A DNA stretch of 64,000 nt, from NCBI GenBank assembly GCA_963629395.1, contig CAVGIV010000004.1, positions 2,095 through 66,094 on the forward strand, read 5' to 3'. How positions within the stretch are numbered: position 1 is the first letter of the stretch; each line of letters opens with the position of its first letter. The translations under genes and the position numbers were made by a program. This stretch comes from Paludibacteraceae bacterium (GTDB lineage Bacteria > Bacillota > Clostridia > Lachnospirales > Lachnospiraceae). Under the pieces are notes generated by a model, which was given only the letters and a program-made list of their open reading frames with translations, was not told where the DNA came from and ran no database searches. Shown one piece after another: positions 48,820-57,991 of the stretch.

Positions 48820-50538
48820 ATGCGTGATACTGTAGAAACGGCCGGTCTTGGTCTTCTTTTTGTCGTCCTGCTTGCGTTGACCGCCTTTTGGCTCATGCGC
48901 TCACAGCAAAAAAAGCGTGACCTCGCCATGGAAGCTAGGCTTCGCAGCGGCTTTGGACAAATTCCATCCAAGCAGATGAAGGCAGAGCGCTATGCAAAGG
49001 TTCCGGCTTTTTATCTGCGGCGAAGGGCGTCCGGCACTTCGGACGGTGATCTGGATGACATCACCTGGAACGACCTGGATATGGATGCGCTCTATGCAAG
49101 GATGGACTGTACCTTAAGTGCCGCCGGAGAAGAGTATTTATATGCGCTTCTTCGAAGTCCGGCAGGAGATGCGGGGGCGCCGCTGTCTGTTCCGCTTTCG
49201 GAAATTCGTTATTTTGAAGAGGATGCGCATTCCGGCATTCGGCTGCAGCTGCAAAAGGCGCTCCATGCATTCGGATATACGGGACGGTACTCCCTGTATG
49301 AATATCTGGACCTTCTGAAGGAGGCACCAAGACAGAGCAATCTGGTGCATCTGCCTGCCTTTGTCCTTCCGGCTGCCAGCCTTTTTCTGATGGTTTACTC
49401 GGTCCAGGCAGGAATTTTGTGCCTTGTCGGTTCTTTTATTCTCAATATGCTTACCTACTACCGGCGCCGCGGTCAGATTGAACCCTTTCTTACCACCTTC
49501 AGCTACCTTCTTCGAATGATGAAGTGTGCACAGACCGTTACAAACATCCATTGCCCGGCACTGCAGGTGGAATGCGAGCGTCTTCGGGAGCTTGCTCCCG
49601 TTTTTGACCGGTTCAGGAGAGGAAGCTTTATTGTTCTTTCCGGGACAACCTCCTCCGGCGGGAATCCGTTGGATTTCCTGGTGGATTATATCCGAATTCT
49701 CTTTCACCTGGACCTGATCCGCTTCAACACCATGCTCGCGCACTACACCGGACATCAGAAGGAGATGGAGGAGGCTCTTGTCATCCTCGGGCGCATTGAT
49801 ACGGCAATCTGCCTTGCCTCCTTCGAAAAGAGCCTTCCCTATACCTGCGTCCCTGTGTTAAGCGAACAGGCTACGCAGGAAAAGCTCCACCTTTCACAGG
49901 TATATCACCCGCTTTTAGAGCATCCGGTTCCGAACAGTCTGCAGGTGACAAAGCCGGTTCTTCTGACAGGCTCCAACGCTTCGGGCAAGTCCACGTTTTT
50001 AAAGGCCGCGGCGCTTTGCGCCATTCTGTCACAGACGGCCGGATTCTGCCCCGCCAGAGAATACCGCGGCGGCTATTTTGTCATTCGCTCCTCCATGGCG
50101 CTCCGGGACAATATTTCGGCAGGAGAAAGCTATTTTATGGCAGAGATCCGTTCGCTGAAGCGAATTGCAGATCTTTCGGCAAAGAGCAAAAGACCGGTCC
50201 TTTGCTTTGTTGACGAGGTCCTGCGCGGAACCAATACGATTGAACGCATTGCCGCCTCCTCCGAGCTTTTAAAAACACTCGCAAGAGCCGGTGTCGTTTG
50301 CTTTGCCGCCACTCATGACATCGAGCTTACAAGGCTTCTTTCCACAGAATTTGCAAATTACCATTTTGAGGAAGAAATAAAGGACGGCGATGTCACCTTT
50401 TCCTATCAGATAAAGGACGGACCGGCGGTGACCAGAAATGCCATACAGCTCCTTGGTGCCATCGGATTTGATCCGCAGATTATAAAAAATGCCGCCAGGC
50501 GGGCGGAGCTTTTTGAAGAAACAGGACAATGGATATGA
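48820..50538 (+). CDS. Membrane-anchored MutS-related ATPase (MutS domain III/V only, no mismatch-binding domain)
   Basis: N-terminal TM plus a mid TM pair. Walker A TGSNASGKSTFLK, Walker B FVDEVLRGTN, ATHD. Confidence 0.8.
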   Translation: MRDTVETAGLGLLFVVLLALTAFWLMRSQQKKRDLAMEARLRSGFGQIPSKQMKAERYAKVPAFYLRRRASGTSDGDLDDITWNDLDMDALYARMDCTLSAAGEEYLYALLRSPAGDAGAPLSVPLSEIRYFEEDAHSGIRLQLQKALHAFGYTGRYSLYEYLDLLKEAPRQSNLVHLPAFVLPAASLFLMVYSVQAGILCLVGSFILNMLTYYRRRGQIEPFLTTFSYLLRMMKCAQTVTNIHCPALQVECERLRELAPVFDRFRRGSFIVLSGTTSSGGNPLDFLVDYIRILFHLDLIRFNTMLAHYTGHQKEMEEALVILGRIDTAICLASFEKSLPYTCVPVLSEQATQEKLHLSQVYHPLLEHPVPNSLQVTKPVLLTGSNASGKSTFLKAAALCAILSQTAGFCPAREYRGGYFVIRSSMALRDNISAGESYFMAEIRSLKRIADLSAKSKRPVLCFVDEVLRGTNTIERIAASSELLKTLARAGVVCFAATHDIELTRLLSTEFANYHFEEEIKDGDVTFSYQIKDGPAVTRNAIQLLGAIGFDPQIIKNAARRAELFEETGQWI

Positions 50539-51023
50539 TGCACGTAACAATTTACAGTGACGGCTCGGCCAGAGGCAATCCCGACGGACCGGGCGGATAC
50601 GGAGCTGTGCTCCAATACACCGATAGGCAAGGCGTCCTCCATGAAAAGGAGCTCTCCGAGGGCTTTAACCCGACCTCCAACAATCGCATGGAGCTTTTGG
50701 GCGCCATTGCCGCACTGGAGGCGCTAAACCGTCCCTGCCAGGTGGATCTGTACTCTGATTCCAGCTACCTCATCAATGCCTTTCAAAAAAACTGGCTGTC
50801 CTCCTGGCAGAAAAAGGGCTGGAAGACGGCCTCGAATACACGAGTCAAAAATCAGGACCTCTGGAAGCGGCTGCTGGCTGCGGCAGAGCCCCATGAAATC
50901 ACCTGGCACTGGGTAAAGGGACATGCCGGCCACGAGATGAATGAGCGGTGCGACGCGCTGGCCACCGCGGCAGCCGATGCCATGTACCAGGTAAAAAAGC
51001 CAAATGTGGAGGTACTACCGTGA
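50529..51023 (+). CDS. rnhA: Ribonuclease HI
   Basis: IYSDGSARGNPDGPGGYGAVL, NNRMEL, LYSDSSY, WVKGHAGHEMNERCDALA. Start overlaps the MutS-like stop (50529, 50535 or 50538 possible). Confidence 0.85.
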   Translation: MDMMHVTIYSDGSARGNPDGPGGYGAVLQYTDRQGVLHEKELSEGFNPTSNNRMELLGAIAALEALNRPCQVDLYSDSSYLINAFQKNWLSSWQKKGWKTASNTRVKNQDLWKRLLAAAEPHEITWHWVKGHAGHEMNERCDALATAAADAMYQVKKPNVEVLP

Positions 51024-51472
51024 ACAATACAACCAATGAGAAAACCATACAGATTCTGTACCACAGCAAGGACATCGACCACTTAACCTACGTTGACGGC
51101 AAGAGCGATTGGATCGACCTGCGCGCCGCCAAGGAATATGTACTAAAGGCAGGCGACTTTGCACTGATCGATCTGGGCATCAGCGTAAAGCTTCCGGAGG
51201 GCTACGAAATGATCACAGCCCCCCGTTCCTCCACCTTCAAAAACTACGGCCTTCTCCAGTCCAACGGAATCGGCGTTGTGGACGAATCCTACTGCGGGGA
51301 CGGCGATATTCTGAAAATGCCGGTGTACGCCACCAGGGATACCGTTGTGCATGTCAATGACCGCATCTGCCAGTTCCGGATCCAGGAGCACCAGCCGCGC
51401 ATCCATTTTGAGGAGGTGGAGTCCCTCGGAGGGACGGACCGCGGCGGCTTCGGAAGTACCGGACGCAGTTAA
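51020..51472 (+). CDS. dut: dUTP diphosphatase (trimeric type)
   Basis: GVVDESYCGDGD and C-terminal RGGFGSTG. GTG 51020 has GGAGGT 6 nt upstream and forms a GTGA overlap with the rnhA stop. Confidence 0.85.
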   Translation: MNNTTNEKTIQILYHSKDIDHLTYVDGKSDWIDLRAAKEYVLKAGDFALIDLGISVKLPEGYEMITAPRSSTFKNYGLLQSNGIGVVDESYCGDGDILKMPVYATRDTVVHVNDRICQFRIQEHQPRIHFEEVESLGGTDRGGFGSTGRS

Positions 51473-51653
51473 GGCCCCTGATCGGCGACAGGGTGGCGGA
51501 TGGATGTCCGGATCAGGGGCCTTGCGAGGCCTCGGTGCTTGCGAGCGTCTTGTGCGAGCTTAGCACCGCTAGGTCCGAGGATGGAGCCGCGAGGCGTCCC
51601 CAGATCGGACACCTCCGCCAGGACCCGTCACCGGATCAGGGGCCTTAACTGCG
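51465..51653. repeat. ~190-bp imperfect palindromic intergenic element, copy 2 (opposite orientation to copy 1)
   Basis: Outer arms cgcagttaaggcccctgatc / gatcaggggccttaactgcg form a 20-bp perfect pairing. The left arm includes the dut stop codon. The core is shared with 3877-4087. Confidence 0.8.
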
Positions 51654-51683
51654 GCGTGCCAATAAGCCTTAATCGGCTATTCC

Positions 51684-51712
51684 TTGCAGGTGCCGCGGCA
51701 GAGGCATATACT
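51684..51712 (+). promoter_or_regulatory. Candidate sigma-A promoter for gltX
   Basis: TTGCAG (51684-51689), 17-nt spacer, TATACT (51707-51712). Confidence 0.5.
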
Positions 51713-51769
51713 TACAACATCGCGTCCGGCACATTCAGCCGGGCCCTAAGAGAAAGGATACGATTTATT

Positions 51770-53236
51770 ATGGCAGTGAAAATTAGAACGCGTTACGCCC
51801 CCAGTCCCACCGGCAGAATGCATGTAGGAAACCTTCGCACCGCATTGTATGCTTATCTGATTTCCAAGCATGAGGACGGGGATTTTATTCTCCGCATCGA
51901 GGATACCGACCAGGAGCGGTACGTGGAAGGCGCGGTTGACATCATCAATCGTACCATGCAGCAGACGGGCCTTCTTCCGGATGAGTCGCCGGAGCTGGGC
52001 GGTCCGGTCGGCCCTTATGTACAGTCGGAGCGCGTAAAGAGCGGACTGTACATGGATTATGCCAAGGAGCTTGTGGAGAAGGGCGAGGCCTATTACTGCT
52101 TCTGCACGCCGGAGCGCCTTGAAACGCTCAAGCAGGTTGTGGACGGAAAGGAAATCAGCGTCTATGACAAGCACTGCCTGCAGCTTTCCAAGGAGGAGGT
52201 TGCAGAGAATCTGGCCGCCGGCAAGCCGTTTGTCATTCGTCAGAACAACCCCAGAGAGGGTTCTACTACCTTCCATGACGAGCTCTATGGAGACATCACC
52301 GTTGACAACAGTGAGCTTGACGACATGATTCTCATGAAGTCCGACGGCTTCCCTACCTACAATTTTGCAAATGTGGTGGATGACCATCTCATGGGCATTA
52401 CGCACGTGGTGCGCGGCAATGAGTACATTTCCTCCAGTCCCAAATACAACCGCCTTTACGACGCATTTGGCTGGGAGGTTCCCAGGTACATCCACTGCCC
52501 GCTGATTACCGATGCCGATCACAAAAAGCTCTCCAAGCGCAGCGGCTATTCCTCCTATGAGGACCTGATCGAGCAGGGCTTTCTTCCGGAAGCGGTCGTG
52601 AATTTCATTGCGCTCCTTGGCTGGTCTCCGGATTCGGATCAGGAGATTTTTACGCTGGAGGAGCTGGTGAAGGCATTTGATTACCACCGCATCGGCAAGT
52701 CCCCGGCTGTCTTTGACTACACCAAGCTCCGCTGGATGAATGGCGAGTATTTAAAGGCAATGGAGCCGGATGCGTTTTATCAGCTTGCAGAGCCTTATCT
52801 GAAAAAGGTCTTACGCAGGGACGATCTGGATTTGCACGTCATTGCCGAGCTTGTCCGGACGAGAATTGAGGTATTTCCGGATATCGAAGAGATGGTTGAC
52901 TTCTTTGAGGCTCTCCCGGAATACGATGCTGCAATGTTCGAGAACAAGAAGCAGAAATCGACCTGTGAGGGAAGCCTTCAGATTCTCACAGACCTTCTTC
53001 CGGTTCTTGAAGGCAAGGAAACATTCACCAATGACGCGCTGTTCGAGGTGCTCTCTGCCTATGCAGAGGAGAAGACCCTCAAGAATAAGACGGTGATCTG
53101 GGCCCTTCGCATTGCCGTATCCGGAAAAGCCGTCACGCCTGCCGGCGCAACGCAGATTATGGAAATCATCGGAAAAGAGGATTCCCTTTCCCGCATCCGT
53201 ACTGCCATTGCCATGCTGCAGGCAGCCCATGCATGA
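51770..53236 (+). CDS. gltX: Glutamate--tRNA ligase
   Basis: [24 protein letters not shown] (HIGH-type) and KLSKR. The ORF-track start at 51500 runs through the repeat and is spurious. Confidence 0.9.
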   Translation: MAVKIRTRYAPSPTGRMHVGNLRTALYAYLISKHEDGDFILRIEDTDQERYVEGAVDIINRTMQQTGLLPDESPELGGPVGPYVQSERVKSGLYMDYAKELVEKGEAYYCFCTPERLETLKQVVDGKEISVYDKHCLQLSKEEVAENLAAGKPFVIRQNNPREGSTTFHDELYGDITVDNSELDDMILMKSDGFPTYNFANVVDDHLMGITHVVRGNEYISSSPKYNRLYDAFGWEVPRYIHCPLITDADHKKLSKRSGYSSYEDLIEQGFLPEAVVNFIALLGWSPDSDQEIFTLEELVKAFDYHRIGKSPAVFDYTKLRWMNGEYLKAMEPDAFYQLAEPYLKKVLRRDDLDLHVIAELVRTRIEVFPDIEEMVDFFEALPEYDAAMFENKKQKSTCEGSLQILTDLLPVLEGKETFTNDALFEVLSAYAEEKTLKNKTVIWALRIAVSGKAVTPAGATQIMEIIGKEDSLSRIRTAIAMLQAAHA

Positions 53237-55298
53237 GACTATGAATCCTTCCCAGAAGGAGGCAATCTGCCATTTCCGCGGGCCCTGCGAGGTTATCGCA
53301 GGGCCGGGAAGCGGCAAAACCTTCGTTCTTGTGGAACGGATTCTTCACCTGATCGGCAGCTGCAGCGTTGCCCCCTCCGGCATTCTGGTGCTCACCTTTT
53401 CCAAGGCGGCAGCGCAGGAGATGCAATCGCGCTACCTTCAAAAGCTCCGGGAGCTCTCCCGAGAGGGGCCATCCGTCCAATCGCCTCCCATTCCTCCAAA
53501 TGCTTCCTCCGTTACCTTTGGAACCTTTCATTCGGTCTTCCTGAATATTCTTCAGAATTCATCCCCCTCGCATTTTTCCATTCTCGATGATTCCCGCAAG
53601 AGGAGCCTTCTGCGCACGCTCTTTCTGCAGCACTATGGCCGCTACCCAAAGCCGGAAGAGCTGGCCGACCTTTCCTCACTGATTTCCAAAAAGAAAACAG
53701 GAGACTCCCCGCAGAATCTCTCATTCTTAACCGTCCGCGACAGCCTTTCATCGCCTCCCGCAAGAAAGGGATCCCTGTTATTTTCTGCTCTGTTTGCCGA
53801 TTATGAGGCATATCTTCAGGAGAATTCTCTTCTTGACTTCGATGACATGATTGCCAGATGTGTTCAGCTCCTGCAGCAGGATGCAGGCCTTCGCGCGTTC
53901 TGGCAAAAGCGGTTTCCCTTCCTTCTGGTGGACGAATTTCAGGATATCAATCAGGAGCAGTTTGAGGGCGTCCGGATTCTGGCGGGAGAGGATGCGAACC
54001 TCTTTGTTGTCGGCGATGATGATCAGAGCATCTATGCCTTCCGCGGTTCCAATCCGGGAATCATGATCGGCTTCTCCAAGGCCTATCCCGGAACGCATTC
54101 GATTACACTGTCGGTCAATTACCGAAGCCTTCCGCCCATCATTACCTGCGGACAAAAGGTTATTACGCAGAACAAAACCAGACTCCCCAAGACCGCCGTT
54201 GCCGCCAGGAAAGGTGTAGATCCGCAGCAGCCATCCATGGATGCCTGCATGCGGCTATTGGCCTTTCACGACGAAAAAGAAGAGCAAGACTGGATCCTCC
54301 AGCAGCTGCAGGCAGCAGCGCCGGAAGAGTTGCAATCGTCGGCTGTCATTCTCCGTTCCAATGCACAGCTCCTGAAGTGGGCGACCTTTTTGGAAAAGGC
54401 TGGAATTCCCTGCCGCTTTTTTGCCGGGATCAATCAAAATGCCGGACGTTCGTCCTCAAAACCTGCGCAGAAAAAGGGCGACGGCACCCAGGCGCTCCTT
54501 TCTCTTTCAGCGCCGCAGGCCCGGCGCCTTCTTTCGAAGGCAGCGTCTTCACTGGAGCTGGCGGGCGGATATTACCGGCTCTCCGGAGAGCTTGCTGCGG
54601 GCAGCATAAAAAGAGCGGACCTCTTTTTAATTATGAACCAGCCGGAGCGCTGCCTTCTTCGCCGCAAATTTCAGGAGGAGACGTACACCGAAGCCTCGCT
54701 TCTTGCGGTTTACCCCGTTCATTCCTTAGAGCACCATTCGCTGCAAACCCTTTTCCGGGATCTTAAAACGCTGCAGCGCCTATCGCCCCTCAGGTCCCTT
54801 TCCTATCTTCGCGGCATCCTCTGCGCAGAAGACAAGGACGAGGATTTGCGCTTGCTATGGGAGGCTCTATTCCAACTCCTGCAGGAGAAGGACCAGTCCA
54901 TTTTCCATTGCCCGCCGTCCTCCCTCTGCGAGGTGCTTTCGAGGATAACGCCCTGTGAGCTCGTTTCACAGATTGATAAGAATGCAGCGGCAAAGCAAAA
55001 AAATAATGCGCCTGCTGCCACTTCTACAAGCGGCAGAGACGGAGTTCTCCTCTTATCCATGCATGCCAGCAAGGGCCTTGAGTTTCATACCGTCTATCTT
55101 CCGGATCTGAATGAGGGACTTTTCCCCGGGCGCCGTGCCCAGAGCGAGGAAGCTATTGAAGAAGAGCGGCGCCTGTTCTACGTCGCCATCACAAGGGCAA
55201 GGGACCGCCTGAATCTGATGTACCTGTGCGGCACGCCTGAAAATCCGCGGCGCCCGTCGCGGTTTCTGGCGCCGCTGGGCGTGCGGCCGTGGGAGTAA
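53229..55298 (+). CDS. UvrD/PcrA/Rep-family (SF1A) DNA helicase
   Basis: Q-motif [57 protein letters not shown]. Start (53229 or 53241) overlaps or abuts the gltX stop. Confidence 0.85.
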   Translation: MHETMNPSQKEAICHFRGPCEVIAGPGSGKTFVLVERILHLIGSCSVAPSGILVLTFSKAAAQEMQSRYLQKLRELSREGPSVQSPPIPPNASSVTFGTFHSVFLNILQNSSPSHFSILDDSRKRSLLRTLFLQHYGRYPKPEELADLSSLISKKKTGDSPQNLSFLTVRDSLSSPPARKGSLLFSALFADYEAYLQENSLLDFDDMIARCVQLLQQDAGLRAFWQKRFPFLLVDEFQDINQEQFEGVRILAGEDANLFVVGDDDQSIYAFRGSNPGIMIGFSKAYPGTHSITLSVNYRSLPPIITCGQKVITQNKTRLPKTAVAARKGVDPQQPSMDACMRLLAFHDEKEEQDWILQQLQAAAPEELQSSAVILRSNAQLLKWATFLEKAGIPCRFFAGINQNAGRSSSKPAQKKGDGTQALLSLSAPQARRLLSKAASSLELAGGYYRLSGELAAGSIKRADLFLIMNQPERCLLRRKFQEETYTEASLLAVYPVHSLEHHSLQTLFRDLKTLQRLSPLRSLSYLRGILCAEDKDEDLRLLWEALFQLLQEKDQSIFHCPPSSLCEVLSRITPCELVSQIDKNAAAKQKNNAPAATSTSGRDGVLLLSMHASKGLEFHTVYLPDLNEGLFPGRRAQSEEAIEEERRLFYVAITRARDRLNLMYLCGTPENPRRPSRFLAPLGVRPWE

Positions 55299-55337
55299 GC
55301 CTGATGCAATTATAAGAAGCAGATGCATGTCCTTCGT

Positions 55338-55355
55338 CTCCATGATACAATGGAG
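55338..55355 (+). promoter_or_regulatory. Inverted repeat CTCCAT-gataca-ATGGAG containing an extended -10-like TGATACAAT
   Basis: Lies in the 90-bp gap between the helicase and the GH13-like gene, 34 nt upstream of ATG 55389. Function is inferred only. Confidence 0.3.
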
Positions 55356-55388
55356 TGATCTATCGATTATCCACAAAGGAGGCTGCAG

Positions 55389-57422
55389 ATGACTCACACG
55401 CTTGCGGCATCACCCGCCTACACTGTCCGCCCCGGGACCATGGTTCTGCCGGACGGCATTATTTTCAGTGCTGTTTTTCATGACTGCCGCAAATGCGGCC
55501 TTCTTTTATATCATTTGCCGGATCTTTCGGTAACCGACATCCCTTTTACGGACGCATATCGCTACGGGAGCCTCTATTCCGTAAAGATTGACGGCATCTC
55601 GCCGTCCGAATGGGGCTATCGCTACTACACAGACAAGGAGAGCTTCTGTGATCCCTACGCAAGGGAGCTCCTTCCTGTAACCCTTCCTTCTGATAAGTCC
55701 CCGGCATCCGGGCAGCGCATCCTTCTTTCCAGACCCTTTACCGCTCCGGAGAACTCGCTGCCGGCCTACGGAAGCCGCAGAAAGCGTCCCTGGGGGGAAC
55801 GTATTTTGTACTGCGTCCACCCCAGCGGATTCACGGCGTCCAAAACCTCAAAGGCGGCACATAAGGGAACATTCCGCGGCATCACAGAGCGGATACCGTA
55901 CCTTCTGGAGCTTGGAATCAACGGAATTGAGCTTATGCCGGTATACGAGCTTCGGGAGCGCGCCGCATTGCCGGGAGATTCCCCCGAGGAGGAAGGAGCT
56001 GCGGTCAAGGAGAATTACTGGAACTTCGGAGAAGGCTCCTATTTTGCTCCGAAGCGAAGCTATGCTCAAAAGGATACGACCGTCTCTGGCAGTGCCCGCG
56101 CAGATGAAGAGCCTGCAAAGCCGCTTTCTCGGCGCGTTCTTAAGTCCTCGCCCCAGAAGGAATTTGCAGATATGGTGGACGCGCTGCACGCAGCCGGCAT
56201 CGAGGTTTTCCTGCAGCTGTATTTTCCGGATAATGTCACCATACAGACGCAGCTTGAAACTGCACGCTTCTATGTGACGCACTACGGCATCGACGGCTTT
56301 CACCTGAAGGGGAATGCGTCGGCGCTTCAGACCATTGCCTCTGACCCCATGCTCAGCGACACGGCACTTTTCTATTACAGCTTCCCTTACGAGGAGCTTC
56401 AGAAAAAGGACAGGGAGAACCCCGTCACGGGCAAGCCGTCCGTACAGCACCTTTGCGAGTACACCGACCGTTTTCAGAACCTGACCCGGCGCTTTGTAAA
56501 AAGCGACAATCATGTTCTGCGTGAGTTTATCCGAGAGTTTGTCACGGTTCCTTCCGGGCATGGGAGCGTTCACTACATTGCCAATTACGAGGGCTTCACT
56601 CTCATGGATCTGGTGTCCTATAACTGGAAGCACAACGAGAAAAACGGTGAGGATAACCGCGACGGAAATGATACCAACTGGAGCTGGAACTGCGGCGTTG
56701 AAGGGCCCAGCCAGAAAAAGGACATCCGTACGCTGCGAAGACGCCAGATGCGCAACCTCCTGGCATTGAATTTCCTGGCACAGGGAACGCCGCTCCTTCT
56801 TGCGGGGGATGAGCGCTGCAACAGCCAGGATGGAAACAATAATCCCTATTGCCAGAACAATGAAACCGGCTGGCTAAACTGGAAGGAAACGAAGGACACG
56901 AAAGCTATGCTGGATTATACCAGGAGGCTCCTTTCCTTCCGGAAGTCACACGGCGTTTTTGGCCGCAATCAGCCGTTTGGCTTTAACGATCCGATGGCAA
57001 TCGGATATCCGGACGTTTCCCTGCACGGGAAGGAGGCCTGGAAGCCGGACCTTTCCGGGTATTCCCACACCGTCGGCGTACTTTTCCCGGAGCAGTATGC
57101 GCCCAAGGATCCCCGGGAGGCCTTTTTGTATCTGGCCATCAACATGCACTGGCACGAGCAGCGCCTGGCGCTTCCCAAGCTCCCTCTTGGCTACCGCTGG
57201 AAGAAGATTGCCGATACCTTTCTGGAGGAATCCTTCCTTCCGGATCCGGAGCCTCTTTCGGATTCACGCGCGGTCCTTGTCCGCGGGCGGTCGATCCAGA
57301 TTCTGGAGGCGGAGTTTGACGCCGAGCTTAGGAAGGAGCAGGAGAAGGCAGAGCAGGTCAGAAGGAGCAGGCTTCCGAAGCCGTCCAAGGAAAAAGACAA
57401 GTCAGAAGGAACCGCGAAGTGA
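55389..57422 (+). CDS. GH13 glycogen-debranching-enzyme (GlgX/isoamylase)-like protein with substituted catalytic residues (probable pseudoenzyme)
   Basis: Strong family blocks GINGIELMPVYE, NYWNFG..YFAP, GFTLMDLVSYNWKHNEKNGEDNRDGNDTNWSWNCGVEGPS, GTPLLLAGDE..SQDGNNNPYCQ. The conserved regions, however, read QLYFPD, DGFHLKG and ANYEG. See findings. Confidence 0.8.
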   Translation: MTHTLAASPAYTVRPGTMVLPDGIIFSAVFHDCRKCGLLLYHLPDLSVTDIPFTDAYRYGSLYSVKIDGISPSEWGYRYYTDKESFCDPYARELLPVTLPSDKSPASGQRILLSRPFTAPENSLPAYGSRRKRPWGERILYCVHPSGFTASKTSKAAHKGTFRGITERIPYLLELGINGIELMPVYELRERAALPGDSPEEEGAAVKENYWNFGEGSYFAPKRSYAQKDTTVSGSARADEEPAKPLSRRVLKSSPQKEFADMVDALHAAGIEVFLQLYFPDNVTIQTQLETARFYVTHYGIDGFHLKGNASALQTIASDPMLSDTALFYYSFPYEELQKKDRENPVTGKPSVQHLCEYTDRFQNLTRRFVKSDNHVLREFIREFVTVPSGHGSVHYIANYEGFTLMDLVSYNWKHNEKNGEDNRDGNDTNWSWNCGVEGPSQKKDIRTLRRRQMRNLLALNFLAQGTPLLLAGDERCNSQDGNNNPYCQNNETGWLNWKETKDTKAMLDYTRRLLSFRKSHGVFGRNQPFGFNDPMAIGYPDVSLHGKEAWKPDLSGYSHTVGVLFPEQYAPKDPREAFLYLAINMHWHEQRLALPKLPLGYRWKKIADTFLEESFLPDPEPLSDSRAVLVRGRSIQILEAEFDAELRKEQEKAEQVRRSRLPKPSKEKDKSEGTAK

Positions 57423-57991
57423 TACCACGCATAACGCTGCGCAAGGCCATTGCGCATTTCAAAACCATTACGCACCACCGGCACATTGTGTGCCGGGAGT
57501 GCTTTGCCGTCGGTCTGTACTGGCAGGGGCTTACACACGATCTTTCCAAGTACAGTCCCACCGAATTCCTGGTTGGTGCAAGATATTATCAGGGAACACG
57601 ATCGCCGAACAATGCCGAGAGGGAGGCCATCGGTCTTTCCACCTCCTGGCTTCACCACAAGGGACGAAACCGTCACCACTACGAGTATTGGATGGATTAT
57701 TGCGCAAGACAAACCGGCGGCATATGCGGCTCCGGCATCATCGCCTGCCGTATGCCGCTTCGCTATGTCATTGAGATGTTCATGGACCGGATCGCAGCCT
57801 CCAAGACCTATAACGGCGCATCCTACAAGGATACGGATCCATTGGAATACTACCAGAGGGGGAACACCAGCCGGTTTCTGCATCCGGATACGGCAAAGCT
57901 TCTGGAAAGTCTTCTGGTGCTTCTGGCACAGGAAGGGGAGACGGCTGCCTTTGCAAGGGTCAGGGAGATTCTGGCAAGGGGGAGCTACTGA
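57419..57991 (+). CDS. His-rich small protein; from memory it resembles the DUF5662 family (often auto-annotated as catalase); function unknown
   Basis: HFKTITHHRHIV, GLTHDLSKYSP, WLHHKGRNRHHYEYW. GTG start in a GTGA overlap with the upstream stop. Confidence 0.5.
   Translation: MIPRITLRKAIAHFKTITHHRHIVCRECFAVGLYWQGLTHDLSKYSPTEFLVGARYYQGTRSPNNAEREAIGLSTSWLHHKGRNRHHYEYWMDYCARQTGGICGSGIIACRMPLRYVIEMFMDRIAASKTYNGASYKDTDPLEYYQRGNTSRFLHPDTAKLLESLLVLLAQEGETAAFARVREILARGSY

Noticed and set aside
51530-51575. CIRCE-like look of GGTGCT...TTAGCACC inside the palindromic repeat core
   Set aside because: It does not match TTAGCACTC-N9-GAGTGCTAA in sequence or spacing, and it is not upstream of chaperone genes.
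51500-51769. 90-codon N-terminal extension of gltX in the ORF track
   Set aside because: The extension runs through the repeat element. The conserved GltX N-terminus ([11 protein letters not shown]) begins right after ATG 51770, and a plausible promoter lies at 51684-51712.
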